Shown: piece by piece, positions 29,119-40,042 of the stretch | Position numbering within the stretch: position 1 is the first letter of the stretch | Layout of the letters: each line of letters begins with the position of its first letter | Assembly: GCA_965198225.1 (NCBI GenBank) | Contig: CBDAOY010000008.1 | Location: 384,001-448,000, forward strand | DNA length: 64,000 nt | Source of the DNA: Terriglobia bacterium | Lineage (GTDB): Bacteria > Acidobacteriota > Terriglobia > 20CM-2-55-15 | Reading direction: 5' to 3' | Made by a program: the position numbers and the translations under genes | The notes under the pieces: generated by a model | What the model saw: the letters and a program-made list of their open reading frames with translations, nothing else | Databases searched by the model: none | What the model was told of the DNA's origin: nothing

Positions 29119-32100
29119 CTACGGTTCATAACTCAGGTTGGGGCCCAGCAGGCGTTCGATTGTTGCCAGATCCGTACCCTTGCGGCGTCGGTAATCCATG
29201 ACCTGGTCCCGACCGATCTTACCGACGCTGAAATAACGGGCGAGGGGGTGTGCGAAGTAGAGGCCGCAGACGGCGCTGCCGGGCACCATCGAAAAACCTT
29301 CGGTCAGGCAGATGCCTGCTCGAGCCTCCGCTTCGAGCAGTTCAAACAACGTCTGCTTTTCGCTGTGGTCGGGCTGTGCCGGATAACCTGGTGCGGGCCG
29401 AATCCCACGGTAGGCTTCCCGGATCAGTTCGTCGGGAGCCAGGTTTTCGTCCAGGCCGTAGCCCCAGTCCTGTCGGACTTTCCGGTGGAGCCATTCGGCG
29501 AAGGCCTCGGCGAGGCGATCGGCCAGCGCCTTCGACATGATTGAATTGTAGTCGTCATGATCGGCCTCGAACCTCGCGCATAGCTCATCGAGCCCGTGGC
29601 CGCTCGTCACAGCGAACGCCCCGAGGTAGTCGGCGAGACCCATCTCGCCCGGGGCGATGAAGTCCGATAGCGCCAGATTGGCCTCTTCTGCCGGTCGGAC
29701 GAGCTGCTGTCTCAACATGTGGAATCGGGCTCGGATGGTTGTCCGTGCCTCGTCGGTGAACACCTCGATATCGTCGCCGACGCTGTTGGCGGGGAAGAAG
29801 CCGTAGACGCCGTCCAGCTTCAGCAAACGCTCTCCGACGATCTTTGCCAGCAACTCTTGCCCGTCAGACAGAAGCTCCTTCGCACGGGGGCCGACCACAC
29901 CGTCCTCCAGGATCCTCGGGTAGAGACCTTTCAACTCCCAGGCGTGGAAGAACGGGGTCCAGTCGATGCAGGGAACGACGTCATCGGGCGAAACCTTGAC
30001 CTCGCGAAGCCCGAGGAAGCCGGGTCTGGCGATGTCGCCTTCCTTCCAATCGATCGGTGCGCGCCGCTCGCGCGCGGCCTGGACGGAGAGCAGATGATCC
30101 CGCGACATTCTCTTCTCGTGGGCTGCTCGCGCTGCGGCCTGTTCTCGACGAACGTTGTCGATGAACGCCCGGCTCATATCCGTGCTCAGGAGGCTCCCGA
30201 CGGTTCCGACCGCCCGCGATGCATCCAACACGTGGACGACCGGCGGGCTGTAGCTCGGCGCGATCTTGACCGCCGTGTGCACCTTGCTTGTCGTGGCGCC
30301 TCCGATCAGCAGCGGCAATTCCATACCCTCGCGGGTCATCTCCCGGGCCATGTGAACCATTTCATCCAGCGATGGAGTGATCAGCCCGCTGAGGCCGATG
30401 ATGTCGACCGACTTCTCCCGTGCGGTTGCGAGAATCTTGTCGCTCGGTACCATCACGCCCAGGTCGATCACTTCGTAGTTGTTACAGGCGAGGACCACGC
30501 CGACGATGTTCTTGCCGATGTCATGAACGTCGCCTTTGACCGTGGCGAGCAGTATCCGTCCCTGGGAAGAGCCGGCTCTCTTCTCGTCCTCCATGAACGG
30601 CTCCAGGTAGGCGACCGCCTTCTTCATCACTCGCGCGCTCTTGACGACCTGCGGCAGGAACATTTTCCCGGAACCAAACAGGTCCCCGACGATGTTCATT
30701 CCGTCCATCAGAGGGCGTTCGATCAGCGCCAACGGACGGCCGTACTTCAATCGACCTTCTTCGGCATCCGCCTCGATATAGTCGACGATGCCGTGTACCA
30801 ACGCGTGCTTGAGACGCTCATCGACCGACTCGTTCCTCCAGGCGTCGTCCTTGCGGACGGGCGAATCGGGGTCGCTCTTGACGGATTCGGCAAACTCGAC
30901 CAGGCGTTCCGTCGCGTCTTCACGCCGGTTCAGAAGAACGTCTTCAACCCTCTCGAGCAGATCCTCGGGAAGATCCTCGTAAACCGCCAGCTGGCCCGCA
31001 TTGACGATTCCCATGTCCAGCCCTGCGGCGATGGCGTGGTAGAGGAACGCCGAGTGCATCGCCTCCCGAACAACATCGTTTCCCCGGAACGAGAAAGAGA
31101 CGTTGCTGATTCCTCCGCTGACCTTGACTTCTGGCAGAGAGGCCTTGATCCGACGCGTCGCTTCGATGAAGCTGACGGCGTAATCGTTGTGTTCCTCGAT
31201 TCCGGTCGCGACAGTCAGTACGTTGGGGTCGAAGATGATGTCTTCGGACGGAAAGCCGACCTGTTCGGTCAGGATGCGGTAAGCGCGACGGCAGATCTCG
31301 ACGCGTCGATCCGTCGTCGCTGCCTGGCCGGATTCGTCGAAAGCCATGACGACAGCGGCTGCTCCGTAGCGCCGGATGGCCCCGGCCTGGCGCTTGAATG
31401 CCTCTTCACCCTCCTTGAGGCTGATCGAGTTGACGATTCCCTTGCCCTGGATGCACTTCAGGCCTGCCTCGATCACCGACCACTTCGAACTGTCGATCAT
31501 GATCGGGACTCGGGCGATGTCAGGCTCCGAAGCGATGAGGTTGACGAATCGCGTCATCGCCGCCTCGGAATCGAGCATTCCCTCGTCCAGGTTGACGTCA
31601 ACGATCTGTGCGCCACCTTCGACCTGCTGGCTGGCGATGGCGAGCGCACCTTCGAACTCATCATTGAGGATGAGTCTGGCGAAACGCCGCGATCCCGTTA
31701 CGTTCGTGCGTTCGCCGATGTTGACGAAATTGATGCCTGCCTCGATGGTCAGCGGCTCCAGTCCGCTGAGGCGCATTCGCGGCTCTCGTTCCGGGCGCTC
31801 GCGTGGAGGCACGCCTCTGACGGTCGCGGCGATTTCGCGGATGTGCTCCGGACGGGACCCGCAACAGCCCCCGACGATGTTGAGCCATCCGTTCGTGGAA
31901 AACTCACCGAGGATCTCCGACATGTCGCCAGGCGTTTCGTCGTAACCTCCGAACGCGTTGGGCAAACCGGCGTTGGGATAACAGCTCAAGTAGACCGGAG
32001 CCAGAGCGGATAGCTCCTCGATGTAAGGCCGCATCTGCCGGCCACCGAGCGCGCAGTTGATGCCGATGCTGAACAACGGCGCGTGCGAAACGGAGTTCCA

Positions 32101-32811
32101 GAAGGCCTCCACGGTCTGACCAGACAGCGTCCTGCCGCTGTTGTCGGTGATCGTGAACGACACCATGACCGGCACGCGGTAGCCTTTCTTCTCGAAGCAC
32201 TTTTCTATTGCGTAAAGCGCCGCCTTGACGTTGAGCGTGTCGAAGACCGTTTCGGCCAGGAGGATGTCGACGCCCCCGTCGAGTAGTCCCCGGGTCTGCT
32301 CGAAGTACGCCTCGACCAATTCGTCGAAGCTGGTCGCGCGGAAGGCGGGGTTGTTCACGTCCGGCGATAGCGATGCGGTCCGGTTTGTCGGGCCCAGCGC
32401 CCCCGCGACGAATCGCGTGCCGCCACCCTGGGCCGTCATCGAATCCGCCGTCTCTCGAGCCAGTTTCGCAGCGGCCAGGTTCAGCTCGTAGACCAGGTGC
32501 TCCACCTGGTAGTCGGACATCGACAAGGCGTTGGAATTGAAGGTGTTGGTCTCGATGATGTCGGACCCGGCCGCGAGGAAAGCCCGGTGGATTTCGCGGA
32601 TGACGTCGGGTTGCGTGATCGACAGGAGATCGTTGTTACCTTTCAGGTCGCACGGGTGGTCCGCGAACCGGTCTCCCCGGAATCCGGCTTCATCGATGCC
32701 GTATCCCTGGATCATGGTCCCCATGGGTCCGTCGAGGATGACGATCCTCTCGGCGACCAGGCGCTCCAGCTCGAGCGCCCTTTCCTGCCGCTTCTCCGTC
32801 AAGGCCTCCAT
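29119..32811 (-). CDS. metH: Cobalamin-dependent methionine synthase
   Basis: [35 protein letters not shown] (B12 motif), [16 protein letters not shown]. Confidence 0.97.
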   Translation of the reverse strand: MEALTEKRQERALELERLVAERIVILDGPMGTMIQGYGIDEAGFRGDRFADHPCDLKGNNDLLSITQPDVIREIHRAFLAAGSDIIETNTFNSNALSMSDYQVEHLVYELNLAAAKLARETADSMTAQGGGTRFVAGALGPTNRTASLSPDVNNPAFRATSFDELVEAYFEQTRGLLDGGVDILLAETVFDTLNVKAALYAIEKCFEKKGYRVPVMVSFTITDNSGRTLSGQTVEAFWNSVSHAPLFSIGINCALGGRQMRPYIEELSALAPVYLSCYPNAGLPNAFGGYDETPGDMSEILGEFSTNGWLNIVGGCCGSRPEHIREIAATVRGVPPRERPEREPRMRLSGLEPLTIEAGINFVNIGERTNVTGSRRFARLILNDEFEGALAIASQQVEGGAQIVDVNLDEGMLDSEAAMTRFVNLIASEPDIARVPIMIDSSKWSVIEAGLKCIQGKGIVNSISLKEGEEAFKRQAGAIRRYGAAAVVMAFDESGQAATTDRRVEICRRAYRILTEQVGFPSEDIIFDPNVLTVATGIEEHNDYAVSFIEATRRIKASLPEVKVSGGISNVSFSFRGNDVVREAMHSAFLYHAIAAGLDMGIVNAGQLAVYEDLPEDLLERVEDVLLNRREDATERLVEFAESVKSDPDSPVRKDDAWRNESVDERLKHALVHGIVDYIEADAEEGRLKYGRPLALIERPLMDGMNIVGDLFGSGKMFLPQVVKSARVMKKAVAYLEPFMEDEKRAGSSQGRILLATVKGDVHDIGKNIVGVVLACNNYEVIDLGVMVPSDKILATAREKSVDIIGLSGLITPSLDEMVHMAREMTREGMELPLLIGGATTSKVHTAVKIAPSYSPPVVHVLDASRAVGTVGSLLSTDMSRAFIDNVRREQAAARAAHEKRMSRDHLLSVQAARERRAPIDWKEGDIARPGFLGLREVKVSPDDVVPCIDWTPFFHAWELKGLYPRILEDGVVGPRAKELLSDGQELLAKIVGERLLKLDGVYGFFPANSVGDDIEVFTDEARTTIRARFHMLRQQLVRPAEEANLALSDFIAPGEMGLADYLGAFAVTSGHGLDELCARFEADHDDYNSIMSKALADRLAEAFAEWLHRKVRQDWGYGLDENLAPDELIREAYRGIRPAPGYPAQPDHSEKQTLFELLEAEARAGICLTEGFSMVPGSAVCGLYFAHPLARYFSVGKIGRDQVMDYRRRKGTDLATIERLLGPNLSYEP

Positions 32812-32895
32812 CCCGCTATTGTAACTGAACACCTTGATCCTTCCGTAGCGGCCTTCCGAGGCGGCGGTTGGCAATACGAAACGCTCAGATTGCGT

Positions 32896-32961
32896 GTAGG
32901 TGCGCTCTATGAGCGCACATTTTTCGGGCCTCGACGACGTGCGGTCATAGACCGCACCTAC
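32896..32961. repeat. REP doublet (B forward, A reverse)
   Basis: GTAGGTGCGCTCTATGAGCGCAC ... GTGCGGTCATAGACCGCACCTAC. Confidence 0.88.
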
Positions 32962-33012
32962 ACCAGGACAACTCTCTGTAGTACATTCAGACAGCGAGAC
33001 AGAGGAGGCTCA

Positions 33013-33969
33013 ATGGCAGGGGTAGAGCACAAGCAGACGCCCGGCGCCATCCTGATGGTGCGGCCGGCCGGCTTCGGATTCAACGAGGAAACCGCGGAGA
33101 CGAACGTCTTTCAGACGAGGGATGAGAGCGCCACCGATGACGAGCTCCAGGAGCTTGCCGTCGCCGAATTCGATGCTCTGGTCGAGGAGCTTCGAGCCGC
33201 CAACGTGGACGTCATCGTTTTCGAAGACACACCGGAGCCGCGGACCCCGGACGCCATCTTTCCAAACAACTGGATCTCCCTCCACCAGGAGGGCACCGTG
33301 GTGGTCTATCCGATGTACGCCCCCGTCCGCAGGCTCGAGCGTCGCACCGACATCGTCGATACCTTGCAGACGACCTACGGGTTTGAGGTGTCCCGGGTCG
33401 TCGACCTGACCCACCATGAGAATCAGGGAAAGTTTCTGGAGGGTACCGGCAGCCTCGTCTTCGATCATCCGGGGCGTTGCGCTTACGCAAACCTCTCACC
33501 CCGCACCGATGCCGACGTGCTCCGCCAATTGACGGATCTACTCGGCTACGATCTGGTCACCTTTCGCGCCACGGACGGCGCCGGCACCGACGTCTACCAC
33601 ACGAACGTGGTGATGAGCATCGGGGAGCGGTTTGTCATCATCTGCGCCGCCGCTATCGACGATGACTCCGAACGCGAAGCAGTACTCGGCCGGCTCAGGC
33701 GCAGTGGCCGCGATCTCGTGCTGATCGATCGCGACCAGATGGGCCACTTTGCGGGCAACGTCCTCGAGGTCGAGAATCGCGACGGCGAAAAAGTGCTCGT
33801 GATGTCGGGCCAGGCGATGGAGTCCTTCCGCCCGGAGCAGCTGGAAAACCTGCGGAAGCATACGCGCATCGTCGCCTCCCCGATCCCCACCATCGAGCGG
33901 ATCGAAGGCGGTAGCGCCCGCTGCATGATTGCGGGTGTCCATTTACAGCGCCACGAGGTTCTCGACTGA
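33013..33969 (+). CDS. Amidinotransferase-superfamily protein (CtlX-like citrulline-utilisation hydrolase)
   Basis: LMVRP..FGFN.ET, TPDAIFPNNW, FLEGTGS, YHTNV.M, GGSARCM; AGGAGG RBS. Confidence 0.85.
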   Translation: MAGVEHKQTPGAILMVRPAGFGFNEETAETNVFQTRDESATDDELQELAVAEFDALVEELRAANVDVIVFEDTPEPRTPDAIFPNNWISLHQEGTVVVYPMYAPVRRLERRTDIVDTLQTTYGFEVSRVVDLTHHENQGKFLEGTGSLVFDHPGRCAYANLSPRTDADVLRQLTDLLGYDLVTFRATDGAGTDVYHTNVVMSIGERFVIICAAAIDDDSEREAVLGRLRRSGRDLVLIDRDQMGHFAGNVLEVENRDGEKVLVMSGQAMESFRPEQLENLRKHTRIVASPIPTIERIEGGSARCMIAGVHLQRHEVLD

Positions 33970-34010
33970 CTGCTGCGAGAGCGCCGCTGCGTGTCGCAGT
34001 CCGGGTGCCC

Positions 34011-34700
34011 TCAGAACGCTTCGTATGCCTTCTGTGCCTCCTCGTACCGACGGTTGCATTCATCCCAATTCACGTTCCCCATGAACGCACCGACGTAAGC
34101 CGCCGCGCGTGACCCGTAGTCCATGTGGTAGGAGTGCTCGAACATGTCGTTTACCAGCACAGGCCGCCCGAAAGCCACGTTGTCGGTGTGATCGAAAGCG
34201 ATGTAGTTGTGCAACCGACCGTCGTTGAAGTTGAAGCTGAGGATCGCCCAGCCGCTTCCCCCGCCCAGCGACGCCGAAGTTGATCGGAACTCCTGGTCCC
34301 AGGCATCGAAGCTGGCGAAATCGCGCGCAATGGCTTGCTCGAGTTCTCCTGACGCCGCACCATCCCCGCCGAGCGTCGCGAAGTACTCTTCGTGGAGAAT
34401 CACGGCGTTGGTCGCCGTCAGCTCCTCCATCATCAGGCCCTTCCGCAGGAAGCCCGGCGCGTCGGTCCGCAGGCTCGCGATCTCGGACTGAATTGCCGCC
34501 ACACGGCGGAAGGCACCGCCGTAGTTGTTCTGGTGGTGGGACGTGATGACCCTCTCGGAGATGCCGTCCAGACTGTTTGCAGCGAACGGCAGCGGCTTCA
34601 TCTGCCGCGTGGCAGCCTCCTGGGCCTTGATTTCTTCGATGTTGCCACCGACTGCCGCGGTCGCAAGCAAGGTGGTCAAGAGTTCACGACGGTTCATCAT
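34011..34700 (-). CDS. Fe/Mn superoxide dismutase (ChrC-like) with Tat signal
   Basis: NRRELL Tat motif; SHHQNNYGG, ILHEEYF, GGGSGW, DMFEHSYHMDYG; AGGAGG RBS. Confidence 0.88.
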   Translation of the reverse strand: MMNRRELLTTLLATAAVGGNIEEIKAQEAATRQMKPLPFAANSLDGISERVITSHHQNNYGGAFRRVAAIQSEIASLRTDAPGFLRKGLMMEELTATNAVILHEEYFATLGGDGAASGELEQAIARDFASFDAWDQEFRSTSASLGGGSGWAILSFNFNDGRLHNYIAFDHTDNVAFGRPVLVNDMFEHSYHMDYGSRAAAYVGAFMGNVNWDECNRRYEEAQKAYEAF

Positions 34701-34929
34701 GCACCTCCTTTCTGTTGCCATCGGAGTCGATGGTTTCGCACGAAGCTTACACCCAGGAGCACCCGATCTGCAGTGATGTCTGTCCGGCAGATGTTGCAGA
34801 CCCGATTGGTCCAGTCCGGGAGGCGTGGAACCCGATAAACCGCAAGCTGCTCGATGCGGAAGGATGGTGGCCTGGGACGTGTTACCATCGCCGAACCGGA
34901 AGGCCCGAAAGTTCACGCAGGAGGTGCTC

Positions 34930-35550
34930 GTGACGATACGTCCTCGCTGGATCTTGTTCGGAATGATGACGCTCGCCCTCGCGGGCTCGGCTCAGTCGAG
35001 ATTACCGGATGGGCTCTGGTCGAAACTGACGGCCCCGGACCACCCCGCACTCGGGCCTGCGGACGCACCGGTCACGATCGTCGAGTTTGCAGATTTCGAA
35101 TGCCCGCATTGCGCCGTCATGTTTGCGACGCTTCAAAGCGTTCGGAAGAATTATGGCGAGATGGTGCGAATCGTGTTCCGGCAATTCCCGCTCGCGCACA
35201 TCCACCCCAACGCCCGGAAAGCTGCCGAAGCCTCCCTGTGCGCCCACGAGCAGGAACGCTTTGGGGCGTATCACGACTCTCTATTCTCAAACCAGCAGGA
35301 GCTGAGCGTCGACGCGCTGAAGCGGCGAGCAGCGCAACTGGGACTCGATGTGCCGACGTTCGATCAGTGCCTGGATTCCGGGAAACACGCCGCTACGATC
35401 GAGAGCGACATGGATGACGGCGACGAGGCGGGTGTCTTCAGCACCCCCACAATGTTCATCAACGGGCGCCGGTTCGAGGGAAATCACCCTTACGCGACCA
35501 TCGCCCGAGTCATCGATGCCGAGCTGCAGATCCGGAGGCTTGTTCGGTGA
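34930..35550 (+). CDS. DsbA-family thiol-disulfide oxidoreductase
   Basis: GPADAPVTIVEFADFECPHC, FPL..IHPNA, TPTMFING. Confidence 0.9.
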   Translation: MTIRPRWILFGMMTLALAGSAQSRLPDGLWSKLTAPDHPALGPADAPVTIVEFADFECPHCAVMFATLQSVRKNYGEMVRIVFRQFPLAHIHPNARKAAEASLCAHEQERFGAYHDSLFSNQQELSVDALKRRAAQLGLDVPTFDQCLDSGKHAATIESDMDDGDEAGVFSTPTMFINGRRFEGNHPYATIARVIDAELQIRRLVR

Positions 35551-35633
35551 GAACGCATCTTTCCCGGAGAAAACTCGCCATCACAGTCGGCACGAAAGTG
35601 GGAGGCTTCGCTAAGTAGTTTGTTTTCAGTCAA

Positions 35634-35719
35634 GCCCGGGTGGCGGAACTGGCAGACGCACCGGACTTAAAATCCGGAGTCCCTTGCGGGACGTGTGGGT
35701 TCAAGTCCCACCCCGGGCA
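35634..35719 (+). tRNA. tRNA-Leu (TAA)
   Basis: gcccggg acceptor stem, ccgga-ctTAAaa-tccgg, long variable arm, ggttcaagtcc. Confidence 0.95.
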
Positions 35720-35884
35720 TCGATTCATTTCAGCCGTTCCAGCAACATCGGCCCGGATTCTGTGTCCTCGGGAGCCGGACACCGTTCTTGGGGGCGTCGG
35801 GAAGGGTGTTTTTCGGTAAGATGGCTGGACCGAATTCGGCTAGCTCCGGGCGGAAAATTCATCTATAAATAGATGCCGAAGGAA

Positions 35885-35913
35885 TTGACGTCTGCCGGGG
35901 ACGCTACTATAGT
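35885..35913 (+). promoter_or_regulatory. Sigma70 promoter of module 1
   Basis: TTGACG-17-TATAGT. Confidence 0.7.
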
Positions 35914-36073
35914 GTCAAAAGCTGTCTAGTTCAGTAACTTCTGGATGGTCCCGACTATCCGCGAAGAGGGGTGTTCCGTGGATGTTTGCGGCCCGCTCTT
36001 GCGCCATGGCAGACGCCCGAAGTTGCGTGCGGTCGAGTTGAATCTCCGTGACTCGATGAGTGGAGGCTGGTTC

Positions 36074-38503
36074 ATGAAGATCACGTCAATATGCGGTCGT
36101 CTCGTCCTGTCGGCGATCGTCATCGTCGGACTCTGCGGAGGCGATCTGGCGGTTATTGCCTACGGCCAGGGCAACGTCGACCCGTCGGCGCTGGAATCAC
36201 AGCAGGCGATGGTGGGTGAGTACTGCGCCACCTGCCACAACGACGCGATGCTGGAAGGCGGTTTTTCGTTCTCGGAGCTGGACATCGCCCATCCCGAGCA
36301 GAACGCCTCCCAGGCGGAAAGACTCATCCGCAAAGTGCGTTCGGGGATGATGCCTCCGGTCGGTTTGCCGCGCCCCGATGCCGCCACTCTGAAAGCGTTT
36401 GCGTCGGCGATCGAGGGAAGAATCGACGCGGCTGCCGCGGCCGAACCCCATGTGAGCGCGCCGGAGTTGCACCGCGTGAATCGCACGGAGTACCGGAACT
36501 CGGTGCGCGAGTTGCTGGACCTGGAGGTGGACGTTGCCGAGCTTCTGCCACCGGACCCGACGACGAACGGGTTCGACAACATGTCGGAGGCGCTGACGAT
36601 CTCGCCTGCATTGATGGGCGCTTATGTCCGCGCGGCGGAGAGGATCAGCCGGGGTGCGATCGGTGATCCGGAAGCGACTCCAGGCATGACGTTGTACCAG
36701 GTCTCCCGACTCGCCAACCAGATGCGTCACGTTCCCGGAACCCCGTTCGGGACTCGCGGCGGCATTTCGGTCATGCATACGTTCCCCGCCGACGGCGAAT
36801 ACTCTTTCCTGATGACTTTTTACTATTACTACCCCGGCGAACTCGTCGGTATAGCGCTGCCGGCGGAACTGCAAGGACAGCAGATCGAAGTCTCGGTCGA
36901 CGGGGAACGCGTCGCAGTCCTCGAGCTCGACCCGGACATCAAGGAAGAAGAGGCCAACTACATCACCCCAGCGGTCAAGATCGCGGCCGGCCAGCGCAAC
37001 CTGTCCGTCGCGTTTGTCTCGAAGTTCGACGGTCCCTATCAGGATCACTACAGGCTCATCGAGCAGACCCTTGCCGACACGACGGTTTCGGTGACGCCGC
37101 AGCTGACCGGACTTCCCCACCTGCAGGCGTTTGCCGTGACCGGTCCCTACAATGCGAGCGGTGTGTCGGAAAGCGCGAGCCGCCGCAAGATATTTACGTG
37201 TCGTCCTCAAGCGGCGGACGAAGAGCAGGCGTGCGCAACCGAGATCATCTCGGAGCTGGCCGGCAAGGCTTTCCGAAGACCGGTGACGCCGGAGGATCTG
37301 GAGAGTCTGCTGGAGTACTACGAGCATGGTGCAAGCGAGGGCGGCTTCGAATCCGGTGTCCAGGCGGCGATACAGGCCATCCTGGCGAAACCCGAATTCA
37401 TCTTCCGCTTCGAACAGGAGCCGGCCAACGCGTCGCTCGGGAGTGCCTACAGGATCACCGACCTGGAGCTGGCGTCGCGACTGGCCTATTTCCTCTGGAG
37501 CAACATCCCTGATGCCGAGTTGATGCGCATCGCCTCCGAAGGGCGGCTTCGGGATCCGGGGGTCCTCGAGAACCAGGTAAAACGCATGCTGGCGGACCCG
37601 CGATCCGACCAACTGTCGAGCAACTTTGCCGGCCAGTGGCTCCGGCTGTCCGGGATCGAGCGGATATTCCCGGAGGCCCTGCTTTTCCCGAACTTCACGG
37701 CGAACCTCGCCAGGTCCATGCGACGCGAAGTGGAACTCCTCTTCGATCACGTCATGCGGGAGGATCGGGACGTTCTGGAATTGCTGACCGCCGAGTATAC
37801 GTTTGTCGACGACAACCTCGCCCGGCACTACGGAATCCAGAACGTGGTGGGCCCCCGTTTCAGGCAGGTGGCGTTGACCGATCCGAACCGGTTCGGGCTC
37901 CTGGGTAAAGCCGGTATCCTGACGATGACGTCGCTGGCCAACAGGACGTCTCCGGTCTCACGGGGCAAGTACGTCATCGAAGTTCTGGTCGGAACCCCCG
38001 CGCCGATTCCTCCGCCGGTCGTGCCTCCGCTGGCTGAAGCTGTCGACAACCAGAGAGTGCTCTCGGTCCGAGAACGTATGGAGCAGCACCGGGAGAACCC
38101 CGTGTGCAATGCCTGTCACCAGGTCATCGACCCGATCGGGATGGCGATGGAAAACTTCGATGCGGTCGGCGCCTGGCGCCGCACCGATGGTGGATTCGCC
38201 ATCGATCCGACCGGCGAAATGTACGACGGGACGCCGCTGGACGGACCGGTCACTCTCCGCCAGGCGGTGATGGCCCGCTCCGAGGCTTTTGTCGGAAGCT
38301 TCACCGAGAACCTTCTTTCCTACAGTCTCGGACGCGTGACCGATTACCGGGACATGCCAACGGTGCGCTCGATCCAGAACGAGGCCGCCGGCAACGACAA
38401 CCGTTTTTCTTCTTTCATCATGGGTATCGTCAACAGTCCGCCCTTCCAGATGCGCGCGGTGATCAGCGCCACCGAGGAGGAAGCCGCGGATCGTCATCAG
38501 TAA
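36074..38503 (+). CDS. Diheme c DUF1592-type protein (PSCyt/DUF1587/1595/1592/1588/1585 architecture), copy 1
   Basis: Signal peptide; CATCH, KVRSGMMPP, HRVNRTEYRN, ELASRLAYFLWS, RTSPVSRG, CNACH..IDPIG. Confidence 0.9.
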   Translation: MKITSICGRLVLSAIVIVGLCGGDLAVIAYGQGNVDPSALESQQAMVGEYCATCHNDAMLEGGFSFSELDIAHPEQNASQAERLIRKVRSGMMPPVGLPRPDAATLKAFASAIEGRIDAAAAAEPHVSAPELHRVNRTEYRNSVRELLDLEVDVAELLPPDPTTNGFDNMSEALTISPALMGAYVRAAERISRGAIGDPEATPGMTLYQVSRLANQMRHVPGTPFGTRGGISVMHTFPADGEYSFLMTFYYYYPGELVGIALPAELQGQQIEVSVDGERVAVLELDPDIKEEEANYITPAVKIAAGQRNLSVAFVSKFDGPYQDHYRLIEQTLADTTVSVTPQLTGLPHLQAFAVTGPYNASGVSESASRRKIFTCRPQAADEEQACATEIISELAGKAFRRPVTPEDLESLLEYYEHGASEGGFESGVQAAIQAILAKPEFIFRFEQEPANASLGSAYRITDLELASRLAYFLWSNIPDAELMRIASEGRLRDPGVLENQVKRMLADPRSDQLSSNFAGQWLRLSGIERIFPEALLFPNFTANLARSMRREVELLFDHVMREDRDVLELLTAEYTFVDDNLARHYGIQNVVGPRFRQVALTDPNRFGLLGKAGILTMTSLANRTSPVSRGKYVIEVLVGTPAPIPPPVVPPLAEAVDNQRVLSVRERMEQHRENPVCNACHQVIDPIGMAMENFDAVGAWRRTDGGFAIDPTGEMYDGTPLDGPVTLRQAVMARSEAFVGSFTENLLSYSLGRVTDYRDMPTVRSIQNEAAGNDNRFSSFIMGIVNSPPFQMRAVISATEEEAADRHQ

Positions 38504-38539
38504 CTTTATCGTCATAGACGTTTGAACAAGGAGAGCTCA

Positions 38540-39910
38540 ATGTTCATCACGAAGAAACATGTATCCCGGCGCACGGTTCTTCGCGGCATGGGATCGCTGG
38601 TCACGCTGCCGTTCCTGGAAGCCATGCTGCCGGCCCAGACGCCTTCGCGCCAGACCGAAGCGGAACGAAAGCCGCGCTTCGCCTGTATCGAAGTCGTCCA
38701 CGGGTGTGCGGGCAGCACGGTGTACGGGAGAGAACAGAACATCTGGATGCCCGCGAAACAAGGACGGGATTTCGAGTTCGGAGAGATCATCGAGCCGCTC
38801 GAACCGTTCCGGGAGGCCATAACGCTCGTCACCGGGACCGACTGCGGTGCGGCCAATCCGATCTCGGCCGAAGAGGTCGGCGCTGACCACTTCCGCAACG
38901 CCTGCGTGTTCCTGACTGCTTCCCACCCGAAGCAGACTCTCGGCTCGGACATCTACTGTGGAACGTCGATCGATCAGATGTACGCGCAGAAGTTCGGCCA
39001 GGACACGCCGGTGCCGTCGATCCAGCTCTGCACGGAGCCGCTCGATCCGACCGGGCCCGGAGCCTACAAGTACAGCACCGTGTACATGGACACGATCAGC
39101 TGGGCGTCGCCCACGACGCCGCTTCCGTCGAACTTCAACCCTCGAGTGCCCTTCGAGGAAATGTTCGGAACGGGAGGCACACCCGAGGATCGAGTCGCGC
39201 GCCAGAGGCTGAATCGAAGCATCCTCGACGGCATCACTCATGACGTGGCCCGGCTCAGTCAGACACTGGGGGCCAGGGATCGTAACCGCCTCAACGATTA
39301 TCTCGAGAACGTTCGCGAGATCGAACGTCGCATCGAGTCGATCGAGGCGTACAACTCCAGCGGCGCCGAGAGAGAAGTACCCGAAGCGCCCGTCGGCACT
39401 CCCGATTCCTGGAACGACCGCGTGAAGCTCAACGCGGATCTCATGGTGGCCGGGTTTGCAGGGGAGGCCACTCGAGTCGCCGCGTTGAAACTGGGCCGGG
39501 ACGTTTCGGCCCGCGTCTTCCCGGAGAGCGGAACCGACAGTGCGTTCCATCCGGCGTCACACCATGGAGAGACGCCGAAGGGTATCCACGATTTCGCCAA
39601 GATCAACCGGTATCACGTGAGCCTGCTGGCATACTTCCTGGAGAAACTCCAGAACACGCCGGACGGCGATGGAAACCTCCTGGACCACTCGCTGGTCCTC
39701 TACGGCAGCGGCATGGCCGACTCGCACGTTCACGGTCATCTCGACGTGCCGATGGTGCTCGCAGGACATGCGAACGGCGCCCTCAAGGGCAATCTGCACA
39801 TCCGGGAGAAGGACGGTACGCCGCAGGCGAACATCCTGTTGACTGTTATGAACAAGCTCGGTGTGGAACGGGAGCTCGTCGGCGACAGTACGGGAACGGT
39901 TGACATCTAA
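38540..39910 (+). CDS. DUF1552 (HXXSHH) protein with Tat signal, copy 1
   Basis: SRRTVLRG, LPFLEAM, GADH, SIDQ, HPASHH, LLDHSLVLYGSGM.DSHVHGH. Confidence 0.9.
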   Translation: MFITKKHVSRRTVLRGMGSLVTLPFLEAMLPAQTPSRQTEAERKPRFACIEVVHGCAGSTVYGREQNIWMPAKQGRDFEFGEIIEPLEPFREAITLVTGTDCGAANPISAEEVGADHFRNACVFLTASHPKQTLGSDIYCGTSIDQMYAQKFGQDTPVPSIQLCTEPLDPTGPGAYKYSTVYMDTISWASPTTPLPSNFNPRVPFEEMFGTGGTPEDRVARQRLNRSILDGITHDVARLSQTLGARDRNRLNDYLENVREIERRIESIEAYNSSGAEREVPEAPVGTPDSWNDRVKLNADLMVAGFAGEATRVAALKLGRDVSARVFPESGTDSAFHPASHHGETPKGIHDFAKINRYHVSLLAYFLEKLQNTPDGDGNLLDHSLVLYGSGMADSHVHGHLDVPMVLAGHANGALKGNLHIREKDGTPQANILLTVMNKLGVERELVGDSTGTVDI

Positions 39911-40042
39911 CTGGTCGACCGATTTGGTACGGCTGGGGGTGACGTTCGGGACCCACGACGACGTCACCCGGGTTCTTCGACGACTGGATTCGGGCCGGGC
40001 AACACCAGCGTAGCTCTCGTAGTTCGAGAAAGGATCACAGAA

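Noticed and set aside
29719-32013. Long antisense ORFs (also 2014-3744, 16645-18501, 36197-37828, 40100-41527, 52717-54168)
   Set aside because: Expected shadows of GC-rich genes; no motifs of their own
32812-33012. SAM, SAH or cobalamin riboswitch upstream of metH
   Set aside because: No recognisable consensus; most of the gap is a REP doublet
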